A stretch of 33,406 nucleotides of DNA, from assembly GCA_003219675.1 (NCBI GenBank), contig QHPW01000170.1, forward strand, positions 1 to 33,406, written 5' to 3'. The position numbers were made by a program, and so were the translations under genes. Of the stretch, positions 17,275 through 27,106 are shown piece by piece. Position 1 is the first letter of the stretch. Each line of letters starts with the position of its first letter. Below the pieces are notes generated by a model. The model did no database searches. It had not been told where the DNA came from and saw nothing but the letters and a program-made list of their open reading frames with translations. The stretch comes from Verrucomicrobiota bacterium (lineage in GTDB: Bacteria; Verrucomicrobiota; Verrucomicrobiia; Limisphaerales; AV2).

Positions 17275-17826
17275 GTGTTCCCGCGGAAAACCCTTCGACA
17301 AAAATACGTCGATTCCCTGGTGCGGTATGAAGGGACAAAATACGTTTGGGACGGCGAAAACCGACTTGGTATCGATTGTTCGGGGCTGGTGAGAAAGGGA
17401 TTGATAGACGCGGCTGTTAGGGCAGGGATCTCAACTTGGAACCCGCGGCTGATCCGTCGTCAAAAGGAAAATCTTCCAGCAACGCGTTCTCCGGCCTTTG
17501 GGCAAACTCCACCCAATCGTGTCTGCACGACTCACACCAAAGAAAAAGCTGCTCTTCAAGAATCCCATGGCTGCTGCCTTGAGAATTGGAGTGAAGCGGA
17601 TCGCCGTTTCTCATCCAGTCGACGTCTCTCGCCGCTGCACTCCAGGTTATCTACATTCCTTTTCTTCGGTCTGACTCTCTCCGAAAACACAGCGGCAGCC
17701 GGCCATGTCACTGCGCACGGGAAATGTAACCGCGAACCACACGAACCACACGAAAAGAAATCTGCCCTCCAACGCGTCCTCCACGATCAAATTAGTGAAC
17801 CGCTAATCTACGCTCATCATCGCTAA
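17275..17826 (+). CDS. NlpC/P60 (C40 peptidase)-like N-terminal motif; the distal two thirds is doubtful and the gene may be degraded
   Basis: YEGTKYVWDGENRLGIDCSGLVRKGLIDA matches the catalytic-Cys region of C40 peptidases. No recognisable His/polar catalytic partners follow. The ORF tail (NREPHEPHEKK...) is read out of repeat family R6. Confidence 0.35.
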   Translation: MFPRKTLRQKYVDSLVRYEGTKYVWDGENRLGIDCSGLVRKGLIDAAVRAGISTWNPRLIRRQKENLPATRSPAFGQTPPNRVCTTHTKEKAALQESHGCCLENWSEADRRFSSSRRLSPLHSRLSTFLFFGLTLSENTAAAGHVTAHGKCNREPHEPHEKKSALQRVLHDQISEPLIYAHHR

Positions 17827-17866
17827 TCTCATCATCGCCGATTAGTGAAGATTACTGGTTAAAAGG
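17728..17866. repeat. low-complexity repeat family R6 (AACCGCGAACCACACGAA...AAAAG module plus TTAGTGAAGATTACTGGTTAAAA tail)
   Basis: Related modules are present at 24618-24680 and 26591-26724. Confidence 0.6.
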
Positions 17867-18044
17867 ATTCGAGTGGGCCCGCGACCGTTCCATCTTCGGG
17901 GGCAGAGGCCCGCGAAATCGGCGCGGGCTTACGCGTTGGTATCGTCACCCCGCGTTCATTGCGCCACAGCGGAGGTATGGTCGTGGACGACTCGCCATCC
18001 GGTGGAGGTGCGGCGGAACAGCAAGGCCACCCTTCATCGCAGTT

Positions 18045-19523
18045 TCAGGCAAGGATGTCCGTGACGATCTCGCCATGCACGTCGGTCAGGCGCCGGTCGG
18101 CGCCGTTGTGTCGGAACGTCAGTTTCTCGTGATCGATCCCCAGCAGATGCAGCACGGTCGCATGAAAGTCGTAAGTCGTCGTGGGATTCTTCGCCGCTCT
18201 CCATGACCACTCGTCGCTTTCGCCGCAGGCCACGCCCGCTTTCACGCCGCCGCCCGCCATCCAGCTGACGAACGTGCCGCCGTTATGGTCGCGTCCCTCG
18301 CTGCCTTGCGAGAACGGCATACGGCCAAATTCCGTGCTCCACAGGACCAGCGTGTCGTCCAACAGGCCTCGAGCCTTCATGTCCGTGAGCAAGGCGGCGA
18401 TAGGTCTGTCGGTCGCCGCGCACATGGGCGGGAGTTCCCGGGTGATGCTTGCGTGGTTGTCCCAATTGTTGGTCGGGCCGCCTGCGCCGCTCCAGATCTG
18501 CACGAAGCGCACGCCCCGCTCGATGAGCCGGCGGCCGAGCAGACAGCGGCGGCCGAAATCCTGCGTCGCGCTTTCTTCGAGACCGTAGAGCCTGCGCGTT
18601 GCCTCGCTTTCGCCGCTGACATCGAACGCTTCCGGCGCGCTGAGCTGCATCTTTGCAGCGAGTTCGTATGCCCGAATGCGGGCCTCAAGACGCGCATCCG
18701 CGTCGTTGGCGACGAAATGCGCGTGGTTGAGCCGCTGTAACAACGCGAGCCCGTCCCGTTCCGCCTCCGCCGTGATGTATTTCTGCGAAGACGGCGCCCG
18801 CAGGTGCGCGACGGGTTCCGGGGCGCCGGTGTTGATGACCGTGCCCTGGTGCGTCACCGGCAGAAAGCCGGAGCTGAAATTGCCTTTTTGGTTGTAAGGC
18901 AGCCCTTTCGGGTCCGGCAGAACCACAAAGGCGGGCAGGTTGTCGGTTTCGCATCCGAGGGCATAACTGATCCACGCGCCGAAACAGGGGAAGCCCGGCA
19001 GCAGAAAGCCCGTGTTCATCAAGTAGCTTCCCGGGCCGTGGACGTTCGTCCTTGACACCATCGCCATGAGGAATGCCAGGTCGTCCACGCGCCCTGCCAG
19101 ATGCGGCAGCAGACTGCTCACCCAGCGGCCGCACTGCCCGTGCTGCTTGAATTCGAAGCCCGGCTTGAGCACCGTGCCGGGCTCGCTCGTGGCCGCCTCG
19201 ACGCGTTCGCCTGTGCCCGGATCGAACTTCTGACCGTGGCGCTTCACCAACTCGGGTTTGTAATCGAACAAATCCATCTGGCTCGCGCCACCGTTCATGA
19301 AAAGCTGAATCACCCGCTTCGCCCGTGCGGGATGATGCGCCCCATTCCGCAAACATCCTCTCAGCGTCGCACCTGGAGGCGCGGAGTTTTCCGGTTCACC
19401 GGCGGCCAGCAGCCCGTGTTCACCGAGCAGATGCGCCAGCGCCACGCCGCCCAGGCCGCCGCCAAAACGCCACAGGAATTCCCGACGCGACAGGAACGGA
19501 ACTGGAGATGGAAACCCGGTCAT
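18045..19523 (-). CDS. DUF1501 domain protein (sulfatase-fold, Tat-signal)
   Basis: The ATG at 19523 gives MTGFPSPVPFLSRREFLWRFGGGLGGVALAHLL, a twin-arginine-like signal. FMNGGASQMDLFDYKP, and FGRMP followed by GRDHN, are typical of DUF1501. It starts 7 nt after the upstream DUF1553 gene. Confidence 0.88.
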   Translation of the reverse strand: MTGFPSPVPFLSRREFLWRFGGGLGGVALAHLLGEHGLLAAGEPENSAPPGATLRGCLRNGAHHPARAKRVIQLFMNGGASQMDLFDYKPELVKRHGQKFDPGTGERVEAATSEPGTVLKPGFEFKQHGQCGRWVSSLLPHLAGRVDDLAFLMAMVSRTNVHGPGSYLMNTGFLLPGFPCFGAWISYALGCETDNLPAFVVLPDPKGLPYNQKGNFSSGFLPVTHQGTVINTGAPEPVAHLRAPSSQKYITAEAERDGLALLQRLNHAHFVANDADARLEARIRAYELAAKMQLSAPEAFDVSGESEATRRLYGLEESATQDFGRRCLLGRRLIERGVRFVQIWSGAGGPTNNWDNHASITRELPPMCAATDRPIAALLTDMKARGLLDDTLVLWSTEFGRMPFSQGSEGRDHNGGTFVSWMAGGGVKAGVACGESDEWSWRAAKNPTTTYDFHATVLHLLGIDHEKLTFRHNGADRRLTDVHGEIVTDILA

Positions 19524-19530
19524 GGATTCT

Positions 19531-22218
19531 TCAGTTGATGAACATGAACTCGTTGCTGTTGAAAATAAGCCGGCAAAGATTGGCAAAACCATGTTTCTCC
19601 GCATAGGCCGTGAAGTCTTCGATTTCCTCACGGCTCGGCGGCCGGTTCAGCGCAAGTTCGCAAGCCAGGGCGATCCGATCCCGGGCGGGTTTGGCGAGTG
19701 ATTCCAGCCGTGCCGCGAACCGTTCCGCGTAATAGGCCACGAAGGCGCTGTTCCACATCGCCAGCGCCTGTTGCACGGTGACGCCGGCGTTGCGCACGGG
19801 CGTGAGCTGATCGCCCGCGGGACAATCGAGCGCGTCCAGGAACGGGTCCGGCAGCGTGCGAAAGAGAAAACGATAGACACTGCGCCGCCGCGCTGCCGGA
19901 CTGGCCACGTCGAATTTTGTGTAGTCCACCTTCGGCGTCACGTGGATGCCGGGTTGCAGGTCGAACTGCATGTCACTCGGGCCGCCCATGCGAAGATCGA
20001 CGCAGCCTGAAATCTGAAGAATGGCGTCACGCACCTGCTCGGCGTCCAGCCGCGTGCGGTTCATCCGCCAGAGCAGACGGTTGTCCTGATCAAAATGGTG
20101 GGGCGAGGCTCCCGACGAGCCCTGTTGCGAAGGAATCCAGGCTCGCGAGGACGCTCGCCCCACCGGCGTTGAAGACTGCCGATAGGTCGCGCTCGTGACG
20201 ATGAGCCGGTGAAGCTGTTTCAACGACCCGCGCGCCTCGTCGCGGAACCACACCGCCAGCCAGTCCAACAGTTCGGGATGCGACGGCCTGCCGCCCATCC
20301 TGCCGAAGTCGTTTGGCGTGTCCACCAGGCCCCGGCCAAAGTGATGGTGCCACACGCGATTCACGATGGAACGCCACGTGAGCGGATTGTCCGGATGCGT
20401 CAACCACCGCGCGAGCGCGGCGCGGCGCATCCCTTCGTCGTTGCCGTCCGCGAGCTCGAACCGCGCCGGCAACGCGCCCACACACGCCAGCGCGCCGGGA
20501 GACGCCGGTCCCAGCGGCTTGTTGATGTCACCGCGTTTGAGCAGGTGCACCGGACGCGGCGCGCCTGCGGGCTTGAGGCCGCCATCGGGCTCGAAATCAG
20601 GCGCGGCGGCGTAAACCAGCGAAGGTTTCGGCAACAGCGCCAGTTCGGCGGCGATTTTCTCTTTCAGGAAAAAGGCGGCCAGCGTCGCCTGTTGACCGTC
20701 GCTGCGCCGCGGCGGTGGCGCCGCCAGAATCCTCTCGATGTCCGCCGGCAGGAGGCGCGCGCGCGCCGGTGGTCGAACGTCGGTCACCGAAAGGCGAGGT
20801 CGGCCGATAAGATGTCCCTCGCCATGGAGTTGTTTCAGCACGAACGTGAGCGTGGCGCCGCTCGGAACCAGGAGCGGGACTTTCAATTCGAACACCGCCT
20901 GATGGGCTTCGCCGACCCGGGGATGGATTCCCCAGGCGGTCTTCTCGTTCCGGTCGAGCGCGTGATCGATGGTCCAGCCGCTCTGGTTGAAGTCCGCGGA
21001 AGGATTCACCAACGGCAGCTCACGCGGTTGCGTTGCGCCCGACTCGAAAAGCAACACCTGAAACTCGCTCAGGTGCAGGTTGCCGTTGTCCTGCCGGCCC
21101 GGACCCTGCCTCGGCAATGAGTCGTTGGTGAGAACTTCCAGCCGCACGGCCGTAAGGGCCGGCAGCGGAGAAGCCGCGGCGCCGCCGACCGACACGAACG
21201 TCTGCGGCTCCAGCGCCTTCCACTCGACTTTGCGTTCCGCAAGCGTGCGCTCCCAATTCGCGACTTCGCGTAATGTATCGGCGGCGAGCAACACCGAACG
21301 GTCCCCGCGCTCGACGCGTTTGTGAAGGCGGAGCAGCGCCTGGCGGCGCGCGTGTTCAGCCGGATTCGCATCGTAAATACGGTTGGCCCGATCCACGCCG
21401 GCGAACACGGCTTGCAGGGCATAGTAATCGGCTTGCGGGATGGGATCGAACTTATGGTCGTGACAACGCGCGCACTGGACCGTGGTGCTGGTGAAGGTCT
21501 GCATGACGGTCGTGACCATGTCGTCGCGATCCAGGTAACGGCCAATCTGACGGTCAATCGTGTCCTCACGTATGTCGCGCAACGAACTCTCGTCCCATGG
21601 CCCCGCGGCAATAAACCCCAGCGCCACCACGGCCTGCGGATCGTCTGGAAACAACGCGTCGCCTGCGATCTGTTCCTGGACGAAGCGCGGGTAGGGTTTG
21701 TCGCTGTTGAACGACGCGATGAGGTAATCCCGATAAGGCCAGGCGTTGGTGCGGATGCGGTCCTGGTCGTGCCCGTGCGTTTCGGCGAAGTGTGCGGCGT
21801 CCATCCAAAGGCGCGCCCAGCGCTCGCCGTAGCGCGGCGACGCAAGCAACCGGTCAACGGCGTGCGGGTAGGCATCGGGCGACCTGTCGGTGAGGAACGC
21901 GCGCATTTCCTCCGGGGCCGGCGGCAGGCCGATGAGATCGAAGTAAACGCGGCGGAGAAGGGTGCGTTTGTCGGCTTCGGGAGCGGGCGCAATGTCATGT
22001 TCGGCCAGCCTGGCGTGAATGAAGGCGTCGAGCGGGTTGAGTGTGGCGTGTTGCGTGCCGGGTGAAGCAGGGATCAGGGGCCGTTTCAGCGGTTGGAAGC
22101 CCCAGTCGTCCGGAAGAACGCGCTCGCGCGCCGGAATGGGTTCCGCGCGTCCGGAGCCGCTCGAGCACAAAACCCCGGCGAGCAGCGAGAGCAACAGAAG
22201 CGGGTGGGGCGGGTTCAT
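19531..22218 (-). CDS. DUF1549 (PSCyt2) / DUF1553 (PSD1) domain protein, long paralog
   Basis: 895 aa with signal peptide MNPPHPLLLLSLLAGVLCSSGSG. It has RRVYFDLIGLPPAPEEMRAFL, QCARCHDHKFDPIPQADYYALQAVFAG and VNRVWHHHFGRGLV motifs. A central module of about 160 aa is absent from the paralog, and a degenerate R1 repeat is inserted in frame. Confidence 0.88.
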   Translation of the reverse strand: MNPPHPLLLLSLLAGVLCSSGSGRAEPIPARERVLPDDWGFQPLKRPLIPASPGTQHATLNPLDAFIHARLAEHDIAPAPEADKRTLLRRVYFDLIGLPPAPEEMRAFLTDRSPDAYPHAVDRLLASPRYGERWARLWMDAAHFAETHGHDQDRIRTNAWPYRDYLIASFNSDKPYPRFVQEQIAGDALFPDDPQAVVALGFIAAGPWDESSLRDIREDTIDRQIGRYLDRDDMVTTVMQTFTSTTVQCARCHDHKFDPIPQADYYALQAVFAGVDRANRIYDANPAEHARRQALLRLHKRVERGDRSVLLAADTLREVANWERTLAERKVEWKALEPQTFVSVGGAAASPLPALTAVRLEVLTNDSLPRQGPGRQDNGNLHLSEFQVLLFESGATQPRELPLVNPSADFNQSGWTIDHALDRNEKTAWGIHPRVGEAHQAVFELKVPLLVPSGATLTFVLKQLHGEGHLIGRPRLSVTDVRPPARARLLPADIERILAAPPPRRSDGQQATLAAFFLKEKIAAELALLPKPSLVYAAAPDFEPDGGLKPAGAPRPVHLLKRGDINKPLGPASPGALACVGALPARFELADGNDEGMRRAALARWLTHPDNPLTWRSIVNRVWHHHFGRGLVDTPNDFGRMGGRPSHPELLDWLAVWFRDEARGSLKQLHRLIVTSATYRQSSTPVGRASSRAWIPSQQGSSGASPHHFDQDNRLLWRMNRTRLDAEQVRDAILQISGCVDLRMGGPSDMQFDLQPGIHVTPKVDYTKFDVASPAARRRSVYRFLFRTLPDPFLDALDCPAGDQLTPVRNAGVTVQQALAMWNSAFVAYYAERFAARLESLAKPARDRIALACELALNRPPSREEIEDFTAYAEKHGFANLCRLIFNSNEFMFIN
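20097..20164. repeat. degenerate R1 palindromic repeat inside the DUF1553 CDS
   Basis: GGTGGGGCGAGGCTCCCGACGAGCCC ... GGCTCGCGAGGACGCTCGCCCCACC. Translated on the minus strand as ...GRASSRAWIPSQQGSSGASPHH... Confidence 0.8.
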
Positions 22219-22221
22219 ATC

Positions 22222-24354
22222 TCAATCGACGAAGACAAACTCACTGCCGTTCAGAAGGACGCGGCAGGCGTTGGTCAGGCCGTGTTTGTTCGCATAAACG
22301 AGCAGGAGGCCGGCTTCGTCCGGACGCGGTGTTCGCGACAGAGCCAGTTGGCAGGCCCGCTCAATCTGCTTCGGCAAATCGGCGCGTTCCCGCTGCAGTC
22401 GCGCGGCGAAATTCTCGTATTGCCGGAGGACGAACGCGTCGTTGAGCGTGGACAAGGCTTGAAGCGCGGTGAGCGTGACGTTGCGTTTGGGCGTGAGCAG
22501 GTTGGCATCCGGGCAATCCAGCGCTTCCATGAACGGGTCCGGCACGCTGCGGACGATGAAACGATAGATGCTGCGCCGGGAGCTGCCGGGTCCGTTCACG
22601 TCAAATTGCGCGTAATCGTAGCCGGGTGAATGGTCGTCTTTGAAGAAAAACTGCCGAACCGAAGGGCCGCCCATCGTCAGGTCGAGTTTGCCGCCCAGGC
22701 ACAGCAGTGTGTCGCGGAAGGCTTCGGCGTCGAGCCGCTGCCGGTTCATGCGCCAGAGAAAACGGTTGTCGCCGTCGAGACGCGCCCGGGCAGGATCATT
22801 TCGCGACGTCTGGCGATAGGTGGCACTGGTGACGATGAGCTTGTGCAATTGCTTCAGTGACTCGCCGTTGTCGAGAAACCAATACGCCAGCCAGTCGAGC
22901 AGTTCCGGATGGGTGGGTGCCGCTCCCATGTGGCCAAAATCGTTGGGCGTTTCGACAATGCCGCGGCCAAAGTGATATTGCCAGACCCGATTCACAATGG
23001 AGCGGCGTGCCGGCATGTTTCGCCGGTCAGTCATCCACAGGGCCAAAGCCGCGCGACGACTGCCTTCGTCGTTCGCGTCAGCGATCTCCAAATGGCCGTC
23101 GCCGCGTTTGAGCAGATGTACCGGGCGCGGAACGCGCGGCGGCACGAAGCTTCCGCTCGGAGCGAAGTCATTCGCCGCCGCATAAACCATCCGGGGTTTC
23201 GGCAGTGCGTCGATTTCCTTGTCCACCACGTAGAGTTGTCGGCGTATTTGCGCCCGTTCGGATTTTGTCGCGGCGTCGAGCTGTTCCTCGACGCGTTGTT
23301 GGCGCTCCTGCTCCAGGGTTGCGCTTTCGGCTTTCAACTGCTTCAGTTCGCTCAACCGTGAATCGATGTGCGCGATTTCCGGGCTGGTGACTTTGGCTGC
23401 CATTTCATCGATCGCCTTTTGTCGCGCCAGGCATTTCGCCCTTTCAGCCGTCAATTGTCTTCTTCGCGCAGCGGTCTTCAGATCGGTGTCGAACGGGCGG
23501 TCCGCGCGGTCCACGCCGGCGAACACCGCTTGCAAACCGTAATATTCCTCCTGCGAAATCGGGTCGAACTTGTGGTCGTGACAGCGGGCGCAATGGACGG
23601 TGAGGCTGAGGAACGTGGACATGGCATTCATGATCATGTCATCGCGATCGTTGTAGCGCGCGATCAGCCCATCGGTCTTGGTCTCGGGCAATTCAACATG
23701 GCCCACGTAGTCCCACGGGCCGGCGGCGAGGAACCCGGTGGCGACCACGCCCTCGGCGCTGTCGGGAAACAACACGTCGCCGGCGAGTTGTTGCTGGACG
23801 AAGAGTGAGTACGGCTCGTCCTCGTTGAAGGCGCGGATGACGAAATCGCGATATGGCCAGGCGTTGGAACGCGGTTTGTCTTTGTCATAACCATGCGTTT
23901 CGCCGTAATGCACGGTGTCCAGCCAATGCCGCGCCCAGCGCTCGCCGTAACGCGGGGAGCCGAGCAGGCGATCCACGAGCTTTTCGTACGCGTCCGGGCT
24001 GGTGTCCGAAGCGAATTGCCGCGCTTCTTCGGGCGTGGGCGGCAAACCGGTGAGATCGAAGCTCAGTCGGCGAATCAGCGTGATGCGGTCGGCTTCCGGT
24101 GAAGGGGCGAGTCTTTCAGCCTCCAATCGCGCCAACACAAAGGCATCAATGGGATTCCTTGCCCACCCCGCATTTTTCACTTTTGGAATGGGCGGACGCA
24201 CTGACTGTTTGAATGCCCAGTGGTCGGCTTTAGGCCTGTCCGTGTCGGGCGCTGCGGCATGCCCGCCAGGCAGGCCAACCGCTAGCATCAGCGTCACGAG
24301 GAGTTGACAAGGCGTCAGCGATCCAGTCCCGCCAATGTATCGCGTTCCAAACAT
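22222..24354 (-). CDS. DUF1549 (PSCyt2) / DUF1553 (PSD1) domain protein, short paralog with a coiled-coil linker
   Basis: It has RRLSFDLTGLPPTPEEARQF, HCARCHDHKFDPISQEEYYGLQAVFAG and VNRVWQYHFGRGIV motifs. The start is uncertain: ATG 24354 is preferred (hydrophobic LLVTLMLAVGL follows), but 24381 and 24426 are also open. The stop lies 3 nt before the next gene's start. Confidence 0.85.
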   Translation of the reverse strand: MFGTRYIGGTGSLTPCQLLVTLMLAVGLPGGHAAAPDTDRPKADHWAFKQSVRPPIPKVKNAGWARNPIDAFVLARLEAERLAPSPEADRITLIRRLSFDLTGLPPTPEEARQFASDTSPDAYEKLVDRLLGSPRYGERWARHWLDTVHYGETHGYDKDKPRSNAWPYRDFVIRAFNEDEPYSLFVQQQLAGDVLFPDSAEGVVATGFLAAGPWDYVGHVELPETKTDGLIARYNDRDDMIMNAMSTFLSLTVHCARCHDHKFDPISQEEYYGLQAVFAGVDRADRPFDTDLKTAARRRQLTAERAKCLARQKAIDEMAAKVTSPEIAHIDSRLSELKQLKAESATLEQERQQRVEEQLDAATKSERAQIRRQLYVVDKEIDALPKPRMVYAAANDFAPSGSFVPPRVPRPVHLLKRGDGHLEIADANDEGSRRAALALWMTDRRNMPARRSIVNRVWQYHFGRGIVETPNDFGHMGAAPTHPELLDWLAYWFLDNGESLKQLHKLIVTSATYRQTSRNDPARARLDGDNRFLWRMNRQRLDAEAFRDTLLCLGGKLDLTMGGPSVRQFFFKDDHSPGYDYAQFDVNGPGSSRRSIYRFIVRSVPDPFMEALDCPDANLLTPKRNVTLTALQALSTLNDAFVLRQYENFAARLQRERADLPKQIERACQLALSRTPRPDEAGLLLVYANKHGLTNACRVLLNGSEFVFVD

Positions 24355-24436
24355 AAGATTCGGGGCTACGTCCCAAATCATAACCGACCCGGCAGAACTG
24401 GAACAAGCATTCCCTGTGGGCAACACCGATCCCCTC

Positions 24437-24510
24437 GTAGCGGCGTCTCGGCAGAGCGCCGCTGGCGTGTTGTTGTCAGGAACTGCGGCGCTCTGCCGAG
24501 ACGCCGCTAC
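24437..24510. repeat. palindromic repeat family R3, intergenic copy, followed by further small hairpin modules up to about 24600
   Basis: GTAGCGGCGTCTCGGCAGAGCGCCGC ... GCGGCGCTCTGCCGAGACGCCGCTAC. It is followed by GGTTCATGG...CCATGAACC and the hairpin ACAGGCA-TCT-TGCCTGT (24581-24597). Confidence 0.88.
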
Positions 24511-24825
24511 GCCCAGGGTTCATGGAGCTGATGTGCGGGTGGAAAACCGTTGGAGCTTCCCATGAACCGCAGAGAGTAGGACAGGCATCTTGCCTGTTCG
24601 GAGCTCGCTGGGAATGCAACCGCGAAACACCAAATACATGAAACAAATCCGCGTATTCCGCGTGGTCCGCGGTCAAGAATCTGTCCTCCAAACTCAACGT
24701 GCTCTCGCTGCCGAACGGAGCTGAGCCACAGCCGGATGAACCGGCGGCTCGAAATAGGAGCCGCGCTAAACCCATGATAGGCAACATTCTGTTCATGTTA
24801 CTTTATTATACCGCATCCAGCAATC

Positions 24826-26155
24826 TCACGGCTGGACAGTACGGTAGAATGCCTGAGCAGGCGGTGGATTTATGTCACTGAATTCGACGAGGCCGGAGAT
24901 TGGTGCTGTATTCGTCGCGAGAATTTCCCAGGGTCCAGTTACGCTGGGGGCGCGTTGGACCTGGTAAGGAACTTCCGGCGCGCCGTTCAAGCGGAGAATG
25001 TATCCGCCGCTGCCGTCCGGCGTCAATGCAAGCCGCGGACCGTTGCCGAGGCCGCGAAAGATGTAGGCCGCACCAGCGTTTGCGGCGCTGTTATCGCTCT
25101 GGTCCGCATCTACACCAACACCGTTGCTGGCTTCGTGAAGCGCGCCAATTACCGCAGCGTCGCCCGACAGCGCCGCCGAGACTCCAAAGAGATCGCCCGC
25201 GTCGGTGTTGGAAGCTTTCAGATAAGCTTGCTGGCTCCAATTCGTCCCGTTTCGCACAAAGACGTACGCCGCTCCGGAGAAAAAAGCATTGTTATTGTTC
25301 TGGTCTCCATTCACGCCTGTGGCATTGCTGTCCTCGTGAATCGCTCCGACCAATAACGTGTCTCCCGATAGAGCCACTGAGTCACCAAAAGATTCGTCGC
25401 GCACGGCGTTGGATGCTTTCAGATATGCTTGCTGGCTCCAGTTCGTTCCTTGACGTGTAAAAACATAAGCTGCACCGGAATTGTTCGCGTTGTTGTTGCT
25501 CTGGTTGCCGTTGACCCCGCGTGCACTGCTGTCTTCTCCGTTTGCCCCAAGTACGATTGTGTCGCCCGACACCGCGGCTGACCAACCAAAAGCGTCATCC
25601 ATTTCACTGTTGGACGCTTTGAGATACGCCTGCTGACTCCAATTGGTGCCGCTACGGACGAACACGTACGCCGCGCCGGCCCCGAAGGCGCTGGTATCGC
25701 TTTGGTTCCCGTTCACGCCGGTGGCACCGCTGTTCTCCAGAGATGTTGTGACAACCGCCGTGTCGCCGGAAATTGTTACCTCGCCGCCGAAGCTGATAAC
25801 TGCTCTGGTGTTCGAAGCTTTCAGATAGGCCTGCTGGCTCCAGTTCGAGCCGCTGCGCACGAAGACGTATGCCGCGCCTGAACCGATGGCGTTGTTGTTG
25901 TTCTGATCGCCGTTCACACCCGTGGCATTGCTGTCTTCGAAAATCGCTCCGACCACGACAGTATCGCCGGACACAGCGACCGAACCGCCAAAAGTGTCAG
26001 CGGCCAAAATAATGATTCGACGCTGTGTTCGAAGCTTTGAGATAAGCACGCTGGACAGGTTGGGCATGACTCGTTTGCATGAGCGCCAACCCGATGCCGC
26101 TGACCAACGTGAACAATTGAAAAACTATTTTGCCTGTGAGCTTGATTGGTTTCAT
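24826..26155 (-). pseudogene. secreted FG-GAP/integrin-like beta-propeller repeat protein, frameshifted near its 5' end
   Basis: About six tandem units of about 62 aa (GAAYVFxRxGxNWSQQAYLKASN...FGxSxAxSGDT...GVNGxQ). The signal peptide and first repeat start (MKPIKLTGKIVFQLFTLVSGIGLALMQTSHAQPVQRAYLKASNTASNHYFGR*) are encoded at 25997-26155 in a different frame from the main ORF 24826-26067. Confidence 0.7.
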
Positions 26156-26590
26156 CGTCAGTCTCGGCTTTCACATTCGCGACAAGCAAGCTGCAGCGCT
26201 CTTAGGCTGCGTTTTTCGATTCTCTAATTCGTGCCGCATAAACCATCCAAAGGACCGGGCCGACGAAAATCACTGGCGCAATGAGAAAGCCACCGATGTG
26301 TTCATCACTCCAAATCTCCGGCCAACTCTTTCACGACCTGACAGTGGCGGCCGGCCCGGCCACTGCGAAGACAAGTAAGTTACGGGATGCCACGGATTGC
26401 GCGGATAAAGAAACATCCGTGGTCAAAAGATTCCCTCCGCTGTCTCGATGCATCGCTTGTCGATGGCTCAGGGCAACCCGCGAGTTCTCGGCAAACCCGG
26501 GACGCTCCCCGGCGTTGGGCTCCACGCTCTGGTTCGGCAATCCAACACTCATCAGTCAAAAAATCTCTGATCCAACTCGCTCCGAACTTT

Positions 26591-26920
26591 AACCGCGAAC
26601 CACGGGAAATACACGAAAAGAAAGCCGCGCTATCCCGTGAACTCCTGTAAAATCAACAGAAGGAGACCAAGGAAACAAAGATGCAAGACCTTCTTCGTTC
26701 TCTTCGTTGACTTTTGTTTAAAACGTCCGAGTGCGTCGCCGAAAGAAAAGCGTGAGCCACGGAAGGCGGCCGGTGCTGACGCTGCTGGGGACCGAAGATC
26801 ATCCCTTGCGCAAATCGCTCTGAAGAACGGCCGGGCGAAACGCAGCTTCCTTACAGGAGGCAACAGGAAACGGAGAATCAAGCAATCCCTCCGTTCTCTT
26901 CGTTACCTTCTGGTGCAGCC
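26591..26920. repeat. cluster of short low-complexity repeat modules (family R6 and relatives) in a non-coding stretch of about 1 kb
   Basis: AACCGCGAACCACGGGAAATACACGAAAAG lies at 26591. The modules at 26660-26724 and 26856-26920 share GGAAAC...CGTTCTCTTCGTT. No credible ORF lies between 26156 and 27106. Confidence 0.6.
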
Positions 26921-27106
26921 TTTGATCTTTGATATGCGAGCGGGTGAGAGTCTCGCCTCGGCAATAGGTGGTCGGGCCGAGTAGTGATAGCAGACCCTGG
27001 TTGGAGGAGACTCTGGCTGGGGCAAGCTCTGCCGTAAACGGCCGGGCCTGTCGGCGTGAGATGTGCAGGCGGGGACTGGTCAGCCGCCCTAGCTAGACGA
27101 ATCAGC

